Part shown: positions 41,698 through 51,018 of the stretch, in pieces
Layout: each line of letters begins with the position of its first letter
Position numbering within the stretch: position 1 is the first letter of the stretch
Origin: Candidatus Pacebacteria bacterium CG_4_10_14_3_um_filter_34_15
GTDB taxonomy: Bacteria; Patescibacteriota; Microgenomatia; UBA1400; PJMF01
Length of the DNA stretch: 64,000 nt
Direction: 5' to 3'
NCBI GenBank assembly: GCA_002783105.1
Contig: PFJN01000016.1
Location: 15,034 to 79,033, forward strand
Notes under the pieces: model-generated
Databases searched by the model: none
The model's input: only the letters and a program-made list of their open reading frames with translations
What the model was told of the DNA's origin: nothing
Translations under genes and position numbers: made by a program

Positions 41698-42234
41698 ATG
41701 AAATTAGTATTAATTGGCATTCAAGGAGCAGGGAAATCAACCCAAGGTAATTTCTTAGCAGATAAATATAAAATTCCTTATTTATCTTCAGGACATATTT
41801 TTAGAGATATGGCTAGAGAAAAAACACAGATTGGTAGATGGCTTAAAGAAACAATTAATTCAGGAGCACTAGTTCCAGACGACAAAACATTAGAAATTAT
41901 TTTGACATACTTAGAAAAACCAGAATATGCCAATGGTTATATTTTAGATGGTTTTCCCAGAACTGTGGTTCAAGCTGATGCCTTTAATGGCGGTGTTGAT
42001 AAAGTTATTTTTCTAGAAGTTTCTGATAAAGAGGCCCTTTGGAGACTTGCTGGTAGATCTAGTGATCGAGGCGATGAAACTATTCATGCTATCAAAAAAA
42101 GAATTGATCTTTTCCATAATTTTACAGAACCAGTCATCCAATTTTATAAAAAAGAAGGCAAATTAATTGTTGTAGATGGCGAAAAGAATATTGATGAAGT
42201 TTTTAAGGATATCTGCAAGGAATTAGATAAATAG
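41698..42234 (+). CDS. adk: adenylate kinase, short-LID type
   Basis: G.QGAGKSTQ, LDGFPRT. Confidence 0.95.
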   Translation: MKLVLIGIQGAGKSTQGNFLADKYKIPYLSSGHIFRDMAREKTQIGRWLKETINSGALVPDDKTLEIILTYLEKPEYANGYILDGFPRTVVQADAFNGGVDKVIFLEVSDKEALWRLAGRSSDRGDETIHAIKKRIDLFHNFTEPVIQFYKKEGKLIVVDGEKNIDEVFKDICKELDK

Positions 42235-42978
42235 ATGAGCAAAACTCTAGAATATAAGATTAAGTCAATGCGTGAAGGAGGAAAAGCTCTTGGAGTTATT
42301 AAAAGGCATTTGGCCGAATTTTCCAAACCCGGTGTCTCATTCGAGCAAATTGAGACTCAAGCACAAAAGTTGATTAAAGAAGCTGGTATGTTGCCAAGTT
42401 TTTCTACTGTTCCAGGTTATAGATGGGCAACATGTATTATGAAAAATGATAGCGTATGTCATGGAATTCCTCAAAATAATGTGATTAAAGACGGAGATGT
42501 TATTACTATAGATATTGGTCTAATTAATAATAATTTTCATTTAGATACCACAATTACTTTTGCAGTTGGAGAAGTTAGCTCAGAAATAAGAGAGTTCCTT
42601 AATACTGGTAAAAAATCATTAGAGAAAGCTATTCAAAGCGCAAAAATTGGCAATTCAGTATATGACATTAGTCGAGCAATGGAAAAACCACTCAAGAGAA
42701 AAGGGTATGGAGTAGTTTTTCAGCTAACTGGTCATGGTGTCGGAGAAGAGCTTCATATGGAGCCATCAATACCTTGTGTACCAGATAAAACTGACAGAAA
42801 TGTCAAGCTTTACGAAGGCCAAACTCTAGCTATTGAAAACATGTATACTATGGGAAATGCAACTTTGAAAGAGTCTTCAGACGGTTGGACTTACAAAACT
42901 ATTGATGGCTCAACTTCGGGCATGTTTGAGGAGACTGTCCTAATTACTAAAAAAGGTCCTGAAATACTGACGAATTAG
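42235..42978 (+). CDS. map: methionine aminopeptidase type I
   Basis: CHGIP, IDIG..HLDT, GHGVG..LH.EP, AIE, FE.T. Confidence 0.95.
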   Translation: MSKTLEYKIKSMREGGKALGVIKRHLAEFSKPGVSFEQIETQAQKLIKEAGMLPSFSTVPGYRWATCIMKNDSVCHGIPQNNVIKDGDVITIDIGLINNNFHLDTTITFAVGEVSSEIREFLNTGKKSLEKAIQSAKIGNSVYDISRAMEKPLKRKGYGVVFQLTGHGVGEELHMEPSIPCVPDKTDRNVKLYEGQTLAIENMYTMGNATLKESSDGWTYKTIDGSTSGMFEETVLITKKGPEILTN

Positions 42979-42979
42979 C

Positions 42980-43073
42980 GCTTCCATCTGGTACAAGATG
43001 AAGAAGCTGAATTGCGAAGCAGGAGAGGCCAACTTGGGTTGTGACCATAGCCAGAGAAGATACCCTGGGGTAT
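42980..43073. repeat. cluster of short GC-rich hairpins / REP-like modules
   Basis: GCTTCCATCT..AGATG..GAAGC, TGCGAAGCA, AGGCCAAC, TACCCTGGGGTA; last three shared with 11769-11814. Confidence 0.55.
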
Positions 43074-43123
43074 AATACTAACTTCTGACTCCATTTTAAT
43101 TAATTGTTGTCAGATAGGTATAT

Positions 43124-43447
43124 ATGGGTAAAGTTCAAGATCATAAAAGATCTGCTAAATCAAAAAAGCAAGTAGACACCACTGCTAAGAAGTCCGATCG
43201 CAACGATCGTTTCGAAGTCGAAGGTGTGGTTGAGAATTGCCTGCCAAATACCATGTTTAGAGTATTGGTAACTGATTCAGAAGTTAAACCCATGATAAAC
43301 AAAATTCTCTTGGGAACATTGGTCGGCAAGATGAGATTATATAGAATTAGAGTTATGCCAGGCGATTTAATCAGGGGATATGTATCTAAATATGACCTCA
43401 ATAAGTGTAAAATCACCTATAGATCAACCAAACAAGCTACGCAGTAA
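43124..43447 (+). CDS. infA: translation initiation factor IF-1, N-terminally extended
   Basis: EG.V...LPNTMFRV, GKMRLYRIRVMPGD, ITYR. Confidence 0.93.
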   Translation: MGKVQDHKRSAKSKKQVDTTAKKSDRNDRFEVEGVVENCLPNTMFRVLVTDSEVKPMINKILLGTLVGKMRLYRIRVMPGDLIRGYVSKYDLNKCKITYRSTKQATQ

Positions 43448-43537
43448 AACTAATTCTTTTCAATTTTGATAAATTGATGTATAGTTCAAGCCTGTTGAAA
43501 AATTAGAAGACATAAATAAACCCTGAAAGGGCCTAAA

Positions 43538-43651
43538 GTGAAAGTAAAAGTATCTTTAAAAACAATTTGCATTCATTGCAAGCTTGTTAAGCGTAAAGGA
43601 GTTCTGAGACGTATTTGTACAGAACCAAAACATAAAGGAAAACAAGGATAA
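43538..43651 (+). CDS. rpmJ: 50S ribosomal protein L36 (absent from ORF track; GTG start)
   Basis: Translates to [37 protein letters not shown]. Confidence 0.96.
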   Translation: MKVKVSLKTICIHCKLVKRKGVLRRICTEPKHKGKQG

Positions 43652-43657
43652 GAATAT

Positions 43658-44068
43658 ATGCCTCGTATTATTGGTGTTGATATACCAGAAAACAAAAAAA
43701 TCCTTTTCTCACTTCAATTTATTTATGGAGTAGGAGGAACCGTAGCAGAAACAGTATTAAGAGAAGCTCAGGTTGATCCAGATAAAAGAGCAAAAGACTT
43801 AACTAATGAAGAAGTAAACAGAATTCAAAGAATATTTGACAGATACGAACTTGAAGGTGATCTAAGAAGACACGTAAGCGATAATATTGACCGTTTGAAG
43901 CGCATTAGAAGCTATAGAGGAATGCGTCATATTATGAAGCTTCCAGCTAGAGGTCAAAGAACAAGAACAAACTCTAGAAATGCTAGAGGTGGTTCAAAGA
44001 GAAAAACAGTTGGTGCTATGTCTAAAGAAATGGCAACAAAATTAGAAACAGCAAAAAAAGGTAAATAA
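43658..44068 (+). CDS. rpsM: 30S ribosomal protein S13
   Basis: RI.GVDIP, YRG.RH...LP.RGQRTRTN. Confidence 0.99.
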   Translation: MPRIIGVDIPENKKILFSLQFIYGVGGTVAETVLREAQVDPDKRAKDLTNEEVNRIQRIFDRYELEGDLRRHVSDNIDRLKRIRSYRGMRHIMKLPARGQRTRTNSRNARGGSKRKTVGAMSKEMATKLETAKKGK

Positions 44069-44073
44069 TTATC

Positions 44074-44481
44074 ATGGCTCAAGAAAGAAAGAACACAACT
44101 ACAAGTAAGCAACTAAAAAAAGTAACCAAAGCTGTTCCTAAAGGCAGAATATATGTTACCGCTACATTTAACACTACAATGGTGAGTGTTACAGATGATG
44201 TAGGAAATGTTATCTGCTGGTCTACAGCAGGTGAAGCAGGTTTCTCAGGATCAAGAAAATCAACCCCATATGCGGCTACCATTACAGTTGAAAATGCTGT
44301 TAATAAGGCAAGAGCATTTGGAATGAATACAGTAGATGTATTCATTAAAGGACCAGGTCCTGGAAGAGACGTTACATTAAGAGTTTTGAGAGCTCAAGGT
44401 ATTAGAGTCAGTATGATTGCTGATATGACACCAGATCCTCATAACGGAACTAGACCAAGAAAAGCAAAACATAACAAGTAA
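44074..44481 (+). CDS. rpsK: 30S ribosomal protein S11
   Basis: GSRKSTPYAA, KGPGPGR, D.TP.PHNG.RP. Confidence 0.99.
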   Translation: MAQERKNTTTSKQLKKVTKAVPKGRIYVTATFNTTMVSVTDDVGNVICWSTAGEAGFSGSRKSTPYAATITVENAVNKARAFGMNTVDVFIKGPGPGRDVTLRVLRAQGIRVSMIADMTPDPHNGTRPRKAKHNK

Positions 44482-44508
44482 GAAAATACCCTAAGGGGCA
44501 CAAGTAAT

Positions 44509-45114
44509 ATGGCACGATACATTGGACCAAAAAATAAATTAGCAAGAAAAATTGGTGAAGACTTAGGTCTTAAGACCAACGCTCTTAAAGTTGCAAGACG
44601 TTTGACTTCTAAACCAGGTCAACACGGTGCAAAATCAAGAAGAAAAACTTCTGATTATGGAACTCAACTTAATGAGAAACAAAAAGTTAAGTATATTTAT
44701 GGTATTTTGGAAAGACAACTTAGAAAGCTTTATACCGAAGCTAGTAAGAATCCAACAGCAACTGGTGCCGCTCTTTTAAGTTTACTTGAAAGAAGATTAG
44801 ACAATGCTATTTATAGATTGGGCTGGACAGGCACTAGAGCCGCTGCAAGACAATTAGCATCTCACTCTCATATAAGAATAAATGGTAAAAAAATGGATGT
44901 TCCTTCTTACCAAGTAAAAGTAAATGACATTATTTCTTTAACTTCAAAGGGAATGAAAATACCTTTGATTTCAGAAGCAATAAAAGAAAATTCAAGTAAA
45001 GTCACATGGTTAGAACAAAAAGGTGCTGTAGCTAAGGTATCAAGATTGCCTGAGAGAACAGACGTCACAGAGTCAATAGAAGAACAACTAATTGTTGAGT
45101 ACTACAGTAGATAA
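44509..45114 (+). CDS. rpsD: 30S ribosomal protein S4
   Basis: MARY.GP, PGQHG, LERRLDN, LIVEYYSR. Confidence 0.99.
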   Translation: MARYIGPKNKLARKIGEDLGLKTNALKVARRLTSKPGQHGAKSRRKTSDYGTQLNEKQKVKYIYGILERQLRKLYTEASKNPTATGAALLSLLERRLDNAIYRLGWTGTRAAARQLASHSHIRINGKKMDVPSYQVKVNDIISLTSKGMKIPLISEAIKENSSKVTWLEQKGAVAKVSRLPERTDVTESIEEQLIVEYYSR

Positions 45115-45194
45115 AAAATATTATTAATTAAAATCTAGAAACAGATTCCCGAAAGAACAAAGTTCTCAGGGGAGAAGAAACAAAGGAGAAAAAT

Positions 45195-46130
45195 ATGAAC
45201 AACTTAATTACAGGAATGAATCCAACTTTTCAAGTAAAAGAGAAAGATTCTAGTGCTACATCAGCTACTATTATTATTGAACCATTAGAGAATGGTTTTG
45301 GTCATACAATTGGCAATGCTCTTAGAAGAGTACTTTTGTCTTCATTGCCAGGTACGGCTATTACTCAATTTAGAGTTGAAGGTGCAGATCATCAATTTTC
45401 AACCATTGATGGATTAAAAGAAGATGTCTTAGAAATGGCTTTAAATATCAAACAAATCAAAGTTTTTGCATCTACTCATGAAACTGGATTGCTAAAGCTT
45501 TCAGCAAAAGGTCCAAAAGAAGTAACTGCAGGGGATATTGAATGTGAAGCAGGATTTGAAATCATAAACAAAGACTTGCCAATTTGCACTATCGCAAAGG
45601 GCAAAAGTATTCAAATGGAAATGAGAGTAGAGTCAGGAATTGGCTACGTAGTTGCAGATGAAAAATCAGCAGATTCTATAGGCGACATCGTTCTTGACGC
45701 TTTATTTTCACCAGTTGTTAAAGTTTCATACAAAGTTGAACAAACTCGTGTTGGAAGAATTACTGATTTTGATAAATTAATAATGACCGTTCAAACTGAT
45801 GGTTCAATTTCCCCAATTGATGCCGTTAAGTTGTCAGCAGAAATTTTAACAAAACAATTTGGTCAAGTATTTAACCCAGTTGTACCAGAAGTAGTTGAAC
45901 CAGAAATTACTCTATCACCAGAAGAAGCAGAAATATTAAGATTAACGGTTGAAGAGTTAGATTTGCCAACTAGAATTGCCAACGCTCTTAGAAAAGGTGG
46001 TTTTAAAACAGTCGGAGATTTAACTGGCGCACCAAAAGAAGTAGTTTCTAAAGTCAAAAACTTAGGTGGAAAAAGTGTCGTATTGATCGATGCAGCATTA
46101 CAAAAAAAAGGCGTAAACTTGGGAGAGTAA
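45195..46130 (+). CDS. rpoA: RNA polymerase alpha
   Basis: EPLE.GFGHTIGNALRRVLLSS, C-terminal domain with NLG.KS. Confidence 0.99.
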   Translation: MNNLITGMNPTFQVKEKDSSATSATIIIEPLENGFGHTIGNALRRVLLSSLPGTAITQFRVEGADHQFSTIDGLKEDVLEMALNIKQIKVFASTHETGLLKLSAKGPKEVTAGDIECEAGFEIINKDLPICTIAKGKSIQMEMRVESGIGYVVADEKSADSIGDIVLDALFSPVVKVSYKVEQTRVGRITDFDKLIMTVQTDGSISPIDAVKLSAEILTKQFGQVFNPVVPEVVEPEITLSPEEAEILRLTVEELDLPTRIANALRKGGFKTVGDLTGAPKEVVSKVKNLGGKSVVLIDAALQKKGVNLGE

Positions 46131-46134
46131 TACA

Positions 46135-46665
46135 ATGAGACATAGAGTAAAAATTAAGCATTTTAATAGAGACAGCAAAGCTAGAAAAGCATTGTTCAAA
46201 GGTTTGGTACGTTCTTTAGTTGAGCATGGGTCTATTGTTACTACTGAAAATAAAGCAAAAGAAATCAAAAGAATTGCTGATAAGATTATTTCAAAAGCAA
46301 AAGTTGATACACTTGCTACAAGAAGACTCTTACATAAGTTTTTTGGCAGAAGAGACGTTGTTAATTCTTTAGTAGATAGAATTGCTCCTGAATTTTCTGA
46401 TAAGAATTCCGGCTTTACAACTATTGAAGATGCTGGTTTAAGAAGAGGAGATAATACAAAATTATCAAAACTTTCTTTAACAAAAGTGCCATCAAGAATA
46501 GGTACTTTGAAAGCAGAGAAAAAACCAGCTGAAAAAGTGGCAAAAAAGCCAGTGGCAAAGAAAACCGTTGCAAAAAAAGCAGTAGCAAAAAAAACAGTGG
46601 CAAAAAAAGCTCCAACTAAGAAAGCTGTTGCAACAAAGAAAAAATCCAAGAAAGAAATAAAATAG
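46135..46665 (+). CDS. rplQ: 50S ribosomal protein L17 with Lys/Ala-rich repeat tail
   Basis: MRHR, TT..KAKE, RRGD; tail of KKxVA repeats. Confidence 0.97.
   Translation: MRHRVKIKHFNRDSKARKALFKGLVRSLVEHGSIVTTENKAKEIKRIADKIISKAKVDTLATRRLLHKFFGRRDVVNSLVDRIAPEFSDKNSGFTTIEDAGLRRGDNTKLSKLSLTKVPSRIGTLKAEKKPAEKVAKKPVAKKTVAKKAVAKKTVAKKAPTKKAVATKKKSKKEIK
46519..46632 (+). repeat. degenerate 15-bp coding tandem repeat (KKxVA)n
   Basis: KKPVA-KKTVA-KKAVA-KKTVA-KKAPT-KKAVA. Confidence 0.85.
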
Positions 46666-46668
46666 ATA

Positions 46669-47088
46669 ATGCAAAAAACTTACACACAAAAAACTAGCGA
46701 AATTAAAAGAGAATGGCACATTGTTGATGCTAAGGATAAAGTTTTAGGTCGCATTTGTACTGATATTGCAACCAAACTCATTGGTAAAGGCAAAAAAGAG
46801 TACACCCCTCATATCGATGCAGGTGATTATGTTGTTGTTATCAACGCTGCTGAAGTTGCAGTTACTGGAAACAAAGAAGAAGATAAAAAATACTATAGAC
46901 ACTCTGGCTACCCAGGTGGTTTCAAAGAAAGAAATTTAGTTAAAGTAAGAGCTCAATTTCCTGAAAGAATTATTGAAAACGCAGTCAAAAATATGTTACC
47001 AAAAAATAAACTACAAGATCTAAGAATGGCTCGCTTGAAGGTATACGCAGGTCCAGATCATAATCACGAAAGTCAATTAGGAGCATAA
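46669..47088 (+). CDS. rplM: 50S ribosomal protein L13
   Basis: W.IVDA...LGR, TPH.D.GD.VVVINA, HSGYPGG. Confidence 0.99.
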   Translation: MQKTYTQKTSEIKREWHIVDAKDKVLGRICTDIATKLIGKGKKEYTPHIDAGDYVVVINAAEVAVTGNKEEDKKYYRHSGYPGGFKERNLVKVRAQFPERIIENAVKNMLPKNKLQDLRMARLKVYAGPDHNHESQLGA

Positions 47089-47094
47089 CCAGTT

Positions 47095-47610
47095 ATGGCA
47101 TTAAAATTAAATAAAAAGAAAAAAATCATCAAAAAAATTGTTAAAAAATCTAAACCAGTTAAAAAGCTTGTGAAGAGAATTGAGTCTGAAACTTCTTCAA
47201 ACTTAACAGTTCCAACCGGAAAATACTACGAAGCAGTTGGTAGAAGAAAAGTTGCAACCGCTAGAGTTAGGCTTTATGAGTCTGAAGGCGATTTTATCAT
47301 AAATGACAAGCTTGTAGGTAAGTATTTTGACACCATCAGTGATGCAAAATTAAGATATAACAATCCATTTGAATTAACTGGCACAAAAGGCAAGTTTTCA
47401 GTTATTGCTAAAGTTTCAGGATCTGGATCTTCTTCACAACTAGATGCAGTTGTTCATGGCATTGCTAGAGCATTAGTTAAATATGATGAATCATTCAGAT
47501 TATTGCTTAAACCAGCAGGACTAATTACTAGAGATGATAGAATGAAAGAAACTAGAAAAATTGGTATGGGTGGTAAAGCAAGAAGAAAGAGACAATCTCC
47601 AAAGCGTTAA
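47095..47610 (+). CDS. rpsI: 30S ribosomal protein S9 with basic N-terminal extension
   Basis: GRRK.A.ARV, ITRD.R.KE.RK.G, Q.PKR. Confidence 0.98.
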   Translation: MALKLNKKKKIIKKIVKKSKPVKKLVKRIESETSSNLTVPTGKYYEAVGRRKVATARVRLYESEGDFIINDKLVGKYFDTISDAKLRYNNPFELTGTKGKFSVIAKVSGSGSSSQLDAVVHGIARALVKYDESFRLLLKPAGLITRDDRMKETRKIGMGGKARRKRQSPKR

Positions 47611-47615
47611 ACTTT

Positions 47616-48407
47616 TTAACTTCCAACTCCTGAATATTTTTTCAAAGCCCAGTTCCAAAATTTTAAACTTGCAATTAAACTTCCAACTCCTACAAGAATT
47701 GTTACAAAAATACTAAATGAGGGTTTGACACCTAATAAAACTTCGGTAGGAATTGTGATCATCATTCCAATGGGGATAATAAAGAAAAGCACAAACCGTA
47801 ATGGTTGCATGTACATTCCAATTGGAAATCTGCCCATTGAACTTAAGTCACGATAAATCCAAATAATTCCTTCAGTTTCAGTTGTAAGAATACCAATAGA
47901 TAAAATTAGGATATTTATGGCGGTAATGATTAATAAACCATTTGTTACGAGAATTAAATACCATACAAGTGATAACCAAGTTACAGAAATATCAAGATTA
48001 TTGAAAATATAAAAACTTACAGCTAATGAAGGAATCATAAAAATAGCATCATTTATATCAGGTTTACCGGTTAAGGCTCTAAACAAAGGATTGATAGGTT
48101 TAGTTAAATAAGCATCAAAAGATCCTAATCGAACTTCATTACTAAATACATACGTACCTCTATAAAAAATTTGACTAATTAAATCTATAAATTGATATGT
48201 GAGAAAAAAAACAATCATTTGAGCTGAAGTATATCCTGCAAAACTACTGACTGTATTTTTAATTAAAAACAAAAAAATTAATGAAAATGAAAAACGCAGT
48301 ACTTTGCCGATCATGAATAAAATGTTTGAGCCCCTATTTACAAGATTCTCTTGAATGGCGTTAAAGCCAAAAATTTTCCAAACATTAAAATATGTTTTTA
48401 GTCTCAT
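47616..48407 (-). CDS. ABC-2 family (DUF990-like) permease
   Basis: G.FDAYLTKPINPL, GRFPI..Y; about 6 TMs. Confidence 0.85.
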   Translation of the reverse strand: MRLKTYFNVWKIFGFNAIQENLVNRGSNILFMIGKVLRFSFSLIFLFLIKNTVSSFAGYTSAQMIVFFLTYQFIDLISQIFYRGTYVFSNEVRLGSFDAYLTKPINPLFRALTGKPDINDAIFMIPSLAVSFYIFNNLDISVTWLSLVWYLILVTNGLLIITAINILILSIGILTTETEGIIWIYRDLSSMGRFPIGMYMQPLRFVLFFIIPIGMMITIPTEVLLGVKPSFSIFVTILVGVGSLIASLKFWNWALKKYSGVGS

Positions 48408-48413
48408 ATTAAT

Positions 48414-49205
48414 TTAGATACCTACTGATTCATAAGATTTCAATCCCTTTTTCCAAATTTTATTTGTGATTGTTCCCAAAATAAATATCCAAAAAACTAG
48501 AATAACTGTATGTTTAAGAATGTCTTGGGAATTAAGTCGATTTAGAAATAATTGAATTTGAACAAAAGATAGGTATGGAAAAGGCGTAAGGTAAATTATT
48601 TTCTGGAGCATAATTGGTAAAATATCTAATGGAAAAAGTTTTCCAGCTGTAAAATCTAGAATCATGAAGAATAAAAACTTTGGTCCCCATACTTGAGGGC
48701 TCCAAAAACCCAAACTACCGAAAAGAAGTGTGATAATAAAATTTAAAATTAAACCTCCAAATGACCATATTAAAAATAACAAGAATAATTTCAAATCAGG
48801 AAATACAATAATTGGTTTGAAAATTAAAAATAAAAATAGAGATTCCAAAAACAAGAAAAGTAGATTCTTAATTTTGTCCGCAATTTCTTGAATTGCGAAT
48901 AGACCAAATAAATTAATTGGTTTCAATAAATAATTACTAATTTCTCCAGAGTATAGTCTACTTGCTAGGCCATTAAGAGAAGAAGCGATGATCATACTTT
49001 GCAAGAAGGCAACTAAGAATATATAAGTAATCATGCTCTCTTTAGAATAGCCAAAAGCACTGTTGTTTGAGGTAAAAATCACTGTCCACACAGTTAGAGA
49101 CATAAGGCTGGATAAGAATGACCTAAGACGCCATGTGAAGAGACTTAACCTATATACTAGACTGTTTTGCCAGGTTATTTTAAGGAGTGTTAAATATTTG
49201 GTCAT
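48414..49205 (-). CDS. ABC-2 family (DUF990-like) permease
   Basis: SGEISNYLLKP, AG.LFPLD..P, PF.Y. Confidence 0.85.
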   Translation of the reverse strand: MTKYLTLLKITWQNSLVYRLSLFTWRLRSFLSSLMSLTVWTVIFTSNNSAFGYSKESMITYIFLVAFLQSMIIASSLNGLASRLYSGEISNYLLKPINLFGLFAIQEIADKIKNLLFLFLESLFLFLIFKPIIVFPDLKLFLLFLIWSFGGLILNFIITLLFGSLGFWSPQVWGPKFLFFMILDFTAGKLFPLDILPIMLQKIIYLTPFPYLSFVQIQLFLNRLNSQDILKHTVILVFWIFILGTITNKIWKKGLKSYESVGI

Positions 49206-50189
49206 TTAATGGATTTTCTTAGCGCCAAAGATCTCTCGAATCACAACTTCTATTGGAACTTCTTCAATATTCAAATCATTAACTTTAAATTGATTTAAAA
49301 TTTTAGAAGCTATCTTAGTTGCTTCTTTGCGAGGCACTATCAAAGTTGCTTGGTTATTTTTGAATGATTTTACAGTTCCAAATTGTTCGAGATCATTTTT
49401 TGTTATTGAGTTTTCAAGTGTCAGTGAAAGAATTTTATTTCGAGCATATTTATTAATAATGTCAGCTAATTTGCCATCATAAACTTTATGACCTTTATCG
49501 ATAATTATTACTCTTTCACAAAGCTCTTTGACATCGCCCATGTAGTGGCTAGTTAAAATGATTGTTGCTCCAAATTCTTTATTGTAAGTTTTAATGAAAT
49601 CTCTTAAGGTTTTTTGCATGACGACGTCTAAACCAATAGTTGGTTCATCTAAAAATAAAACTTTTGGATTGTGAAGCAAGGCCGCAATAATCTCACACTT
49701 CATTCTTTGACCTAGCGACAGTTTTCTAACCTGAATTCTTAAAATATCTTCAACATCTAAAATTTTTGATAGCTTTGCTAATGTTTCATCAAAAATTTTA
49801 TCCGGAATTTCGTAAATTGCTTTATTTAGGTGAAAGGATTCAATTGCTGGTAAATCCCACCAAAGTTGGTTCTTTTGTCCCATGACCAAGGCAAATTGTT
49901 TTTGAAATTCAGGTTTTCTATCCCATGGATTAAATTCTAAAACAGTAGTTTTTCCATCTGTTGGGTATAAAAGACCAGAGAGCATTTTTAGTGTGGTGGT
50001 TTTTCCAGCCCCATTTTGACCGATAAAACCGACAATCTCACCTTCGGCAATTTCAAAACTAACATCATCAACTGCTTTTACAGTTTCATAACTTCTTTTC
50101 CAAAGAGATTTAATGGAGCCCCAAAGTCCAGGTTCTTTTTTATAGACTTTGAAATATTTTTTTAGATTGCTGACTTTAATAGTGATCAT
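49206..50189 (-). CDS. ABC transporter ATP-binding protein (COG4586-like)
   Basis: GQNGAGKTT, GQKNQLWWDLP, LSLGQRMK, LFLDEPTIGLD. Confidence 0.95.
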   Translation of the reverse strand: MITIKVSNLKKYFKVYKKEPGLWGSIKSLWKRSYETVKAVDDVSFEIAEGEIVGFIGQNGAGKTTTLKMLSGLLYPTDGKTTVLEFNPWDRKPEFQKQFALVMGQKNQLWWDLPAIESFHLNKAIYEIPDKIFDETLAKLSKILDVEDILRIQVRKLSLGQRMKCEIIAALLHNPKVLFLDEPTIGLDVVMQKTLRDFIKTYNKEFGATIILTSHYMGDVKELCERVIIIDKGHKVYDGKLADIINKYARNKILSLTLENSITKNDLEQFGTVKSFKNNQATLIVPRKEATKIASKILNQFKVNDLNIEEVPIEVVIREIFGAKKIH

Positions 50190-50221
50190 TTATGCCTTTC
50201 AAGCTATCTTTTTATTATACC

Positions 50222-51010
50222 TTAATTTCCAACACTTGAGTATTTTTTAATTGAAAATTTATAAAATAAAATTGTTAAATATGCAAAAACAGAGGTGAAC
50301 ATAAAAAAATAAAAAATATCAAAGATATTATTTCTGTTTAAAAGTATTTCACTGGGTAAAGTTGTAACTAATCCTAGTGGAAAAATAAAGGTAATTATAA
50401 ATCCTGTTAATCCCGTGTAAATTCTCGCTGGCATTTGATAGACACTTCTAAACCCAGGCATTATTTCATTAATATTGTTTAATTTTTCTGCCCAAAAAGT
50501 CAGTGTGGCCAGAAGGAACCAGCCACTATATATAAATATTATAGAAATTATAAAAACCAATGTGGCTAAAAGTATTTGATAAATTGTAACTTCAATTTGC
50601 ATTTTGATTGCAGTACTAATTAAAACTATAAGGCCGATAAAAAATCTTGGAACATTATGATAGGTTGCTTCTTGAGTTAAAATTATAAAAATATTGTTAA
50701 CTGGTAAGAGCAAAAGATTACTTAAGCTACCTTGATAAATTGATTCGGTGTAGTTAACCATATTTGGATAGAATACTGACCAAGTAAAAGCGTCCAGCAT
50801 GGTAAAAAATGAAAGTAAAATGAGAACTTCATCGTAACTCCATCCAGCTATAGTTTTACTATTGCCAATGATCAAGTAATAAAAAAAATAATTGAAAGCA
50901 GTCCACATGGTTGAAACTATTAGCCAGAAGAAAAAATCACCCCGGTACTCCATCATTTTCATGAGTTGAATTTTTCTGAATTTCCAAAATAAATTCCAAT
51001 ATTTTTTCAT
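50222..51010 (-). CDS. ABC-2 family (DUF990-like) permease
   Basis: MEYR.DF, GWS..E, G.L..LLL.P; about 6 TMs. Confidence 0.82.
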   Translation of the reverse strand: MKKYWNLFWKFRKIQLMKMMEYRGDFFFWLIVSTMWTAFNYFFYYLIIGNSKTIAGWSYDEVLILLSFFTMLDAFTWSVFYPNMVNYTESIYQGSLSNLLLLPVNNIFIILTQEATYHNVPRFFIGLIVLISTAIKMQIEVTIYQILLATLVFIISIIFIYSGWFLLATLTFWAEKLNNINEIMPGFRSVYQMPARIYTGLTGFIITFIFPLGLVTTLPSEILLNRNNIFDIFYFFMFTSVFAYLTILFYKFSIKKYSSVGN

Positions 51011-51018
51011 TATTTATA

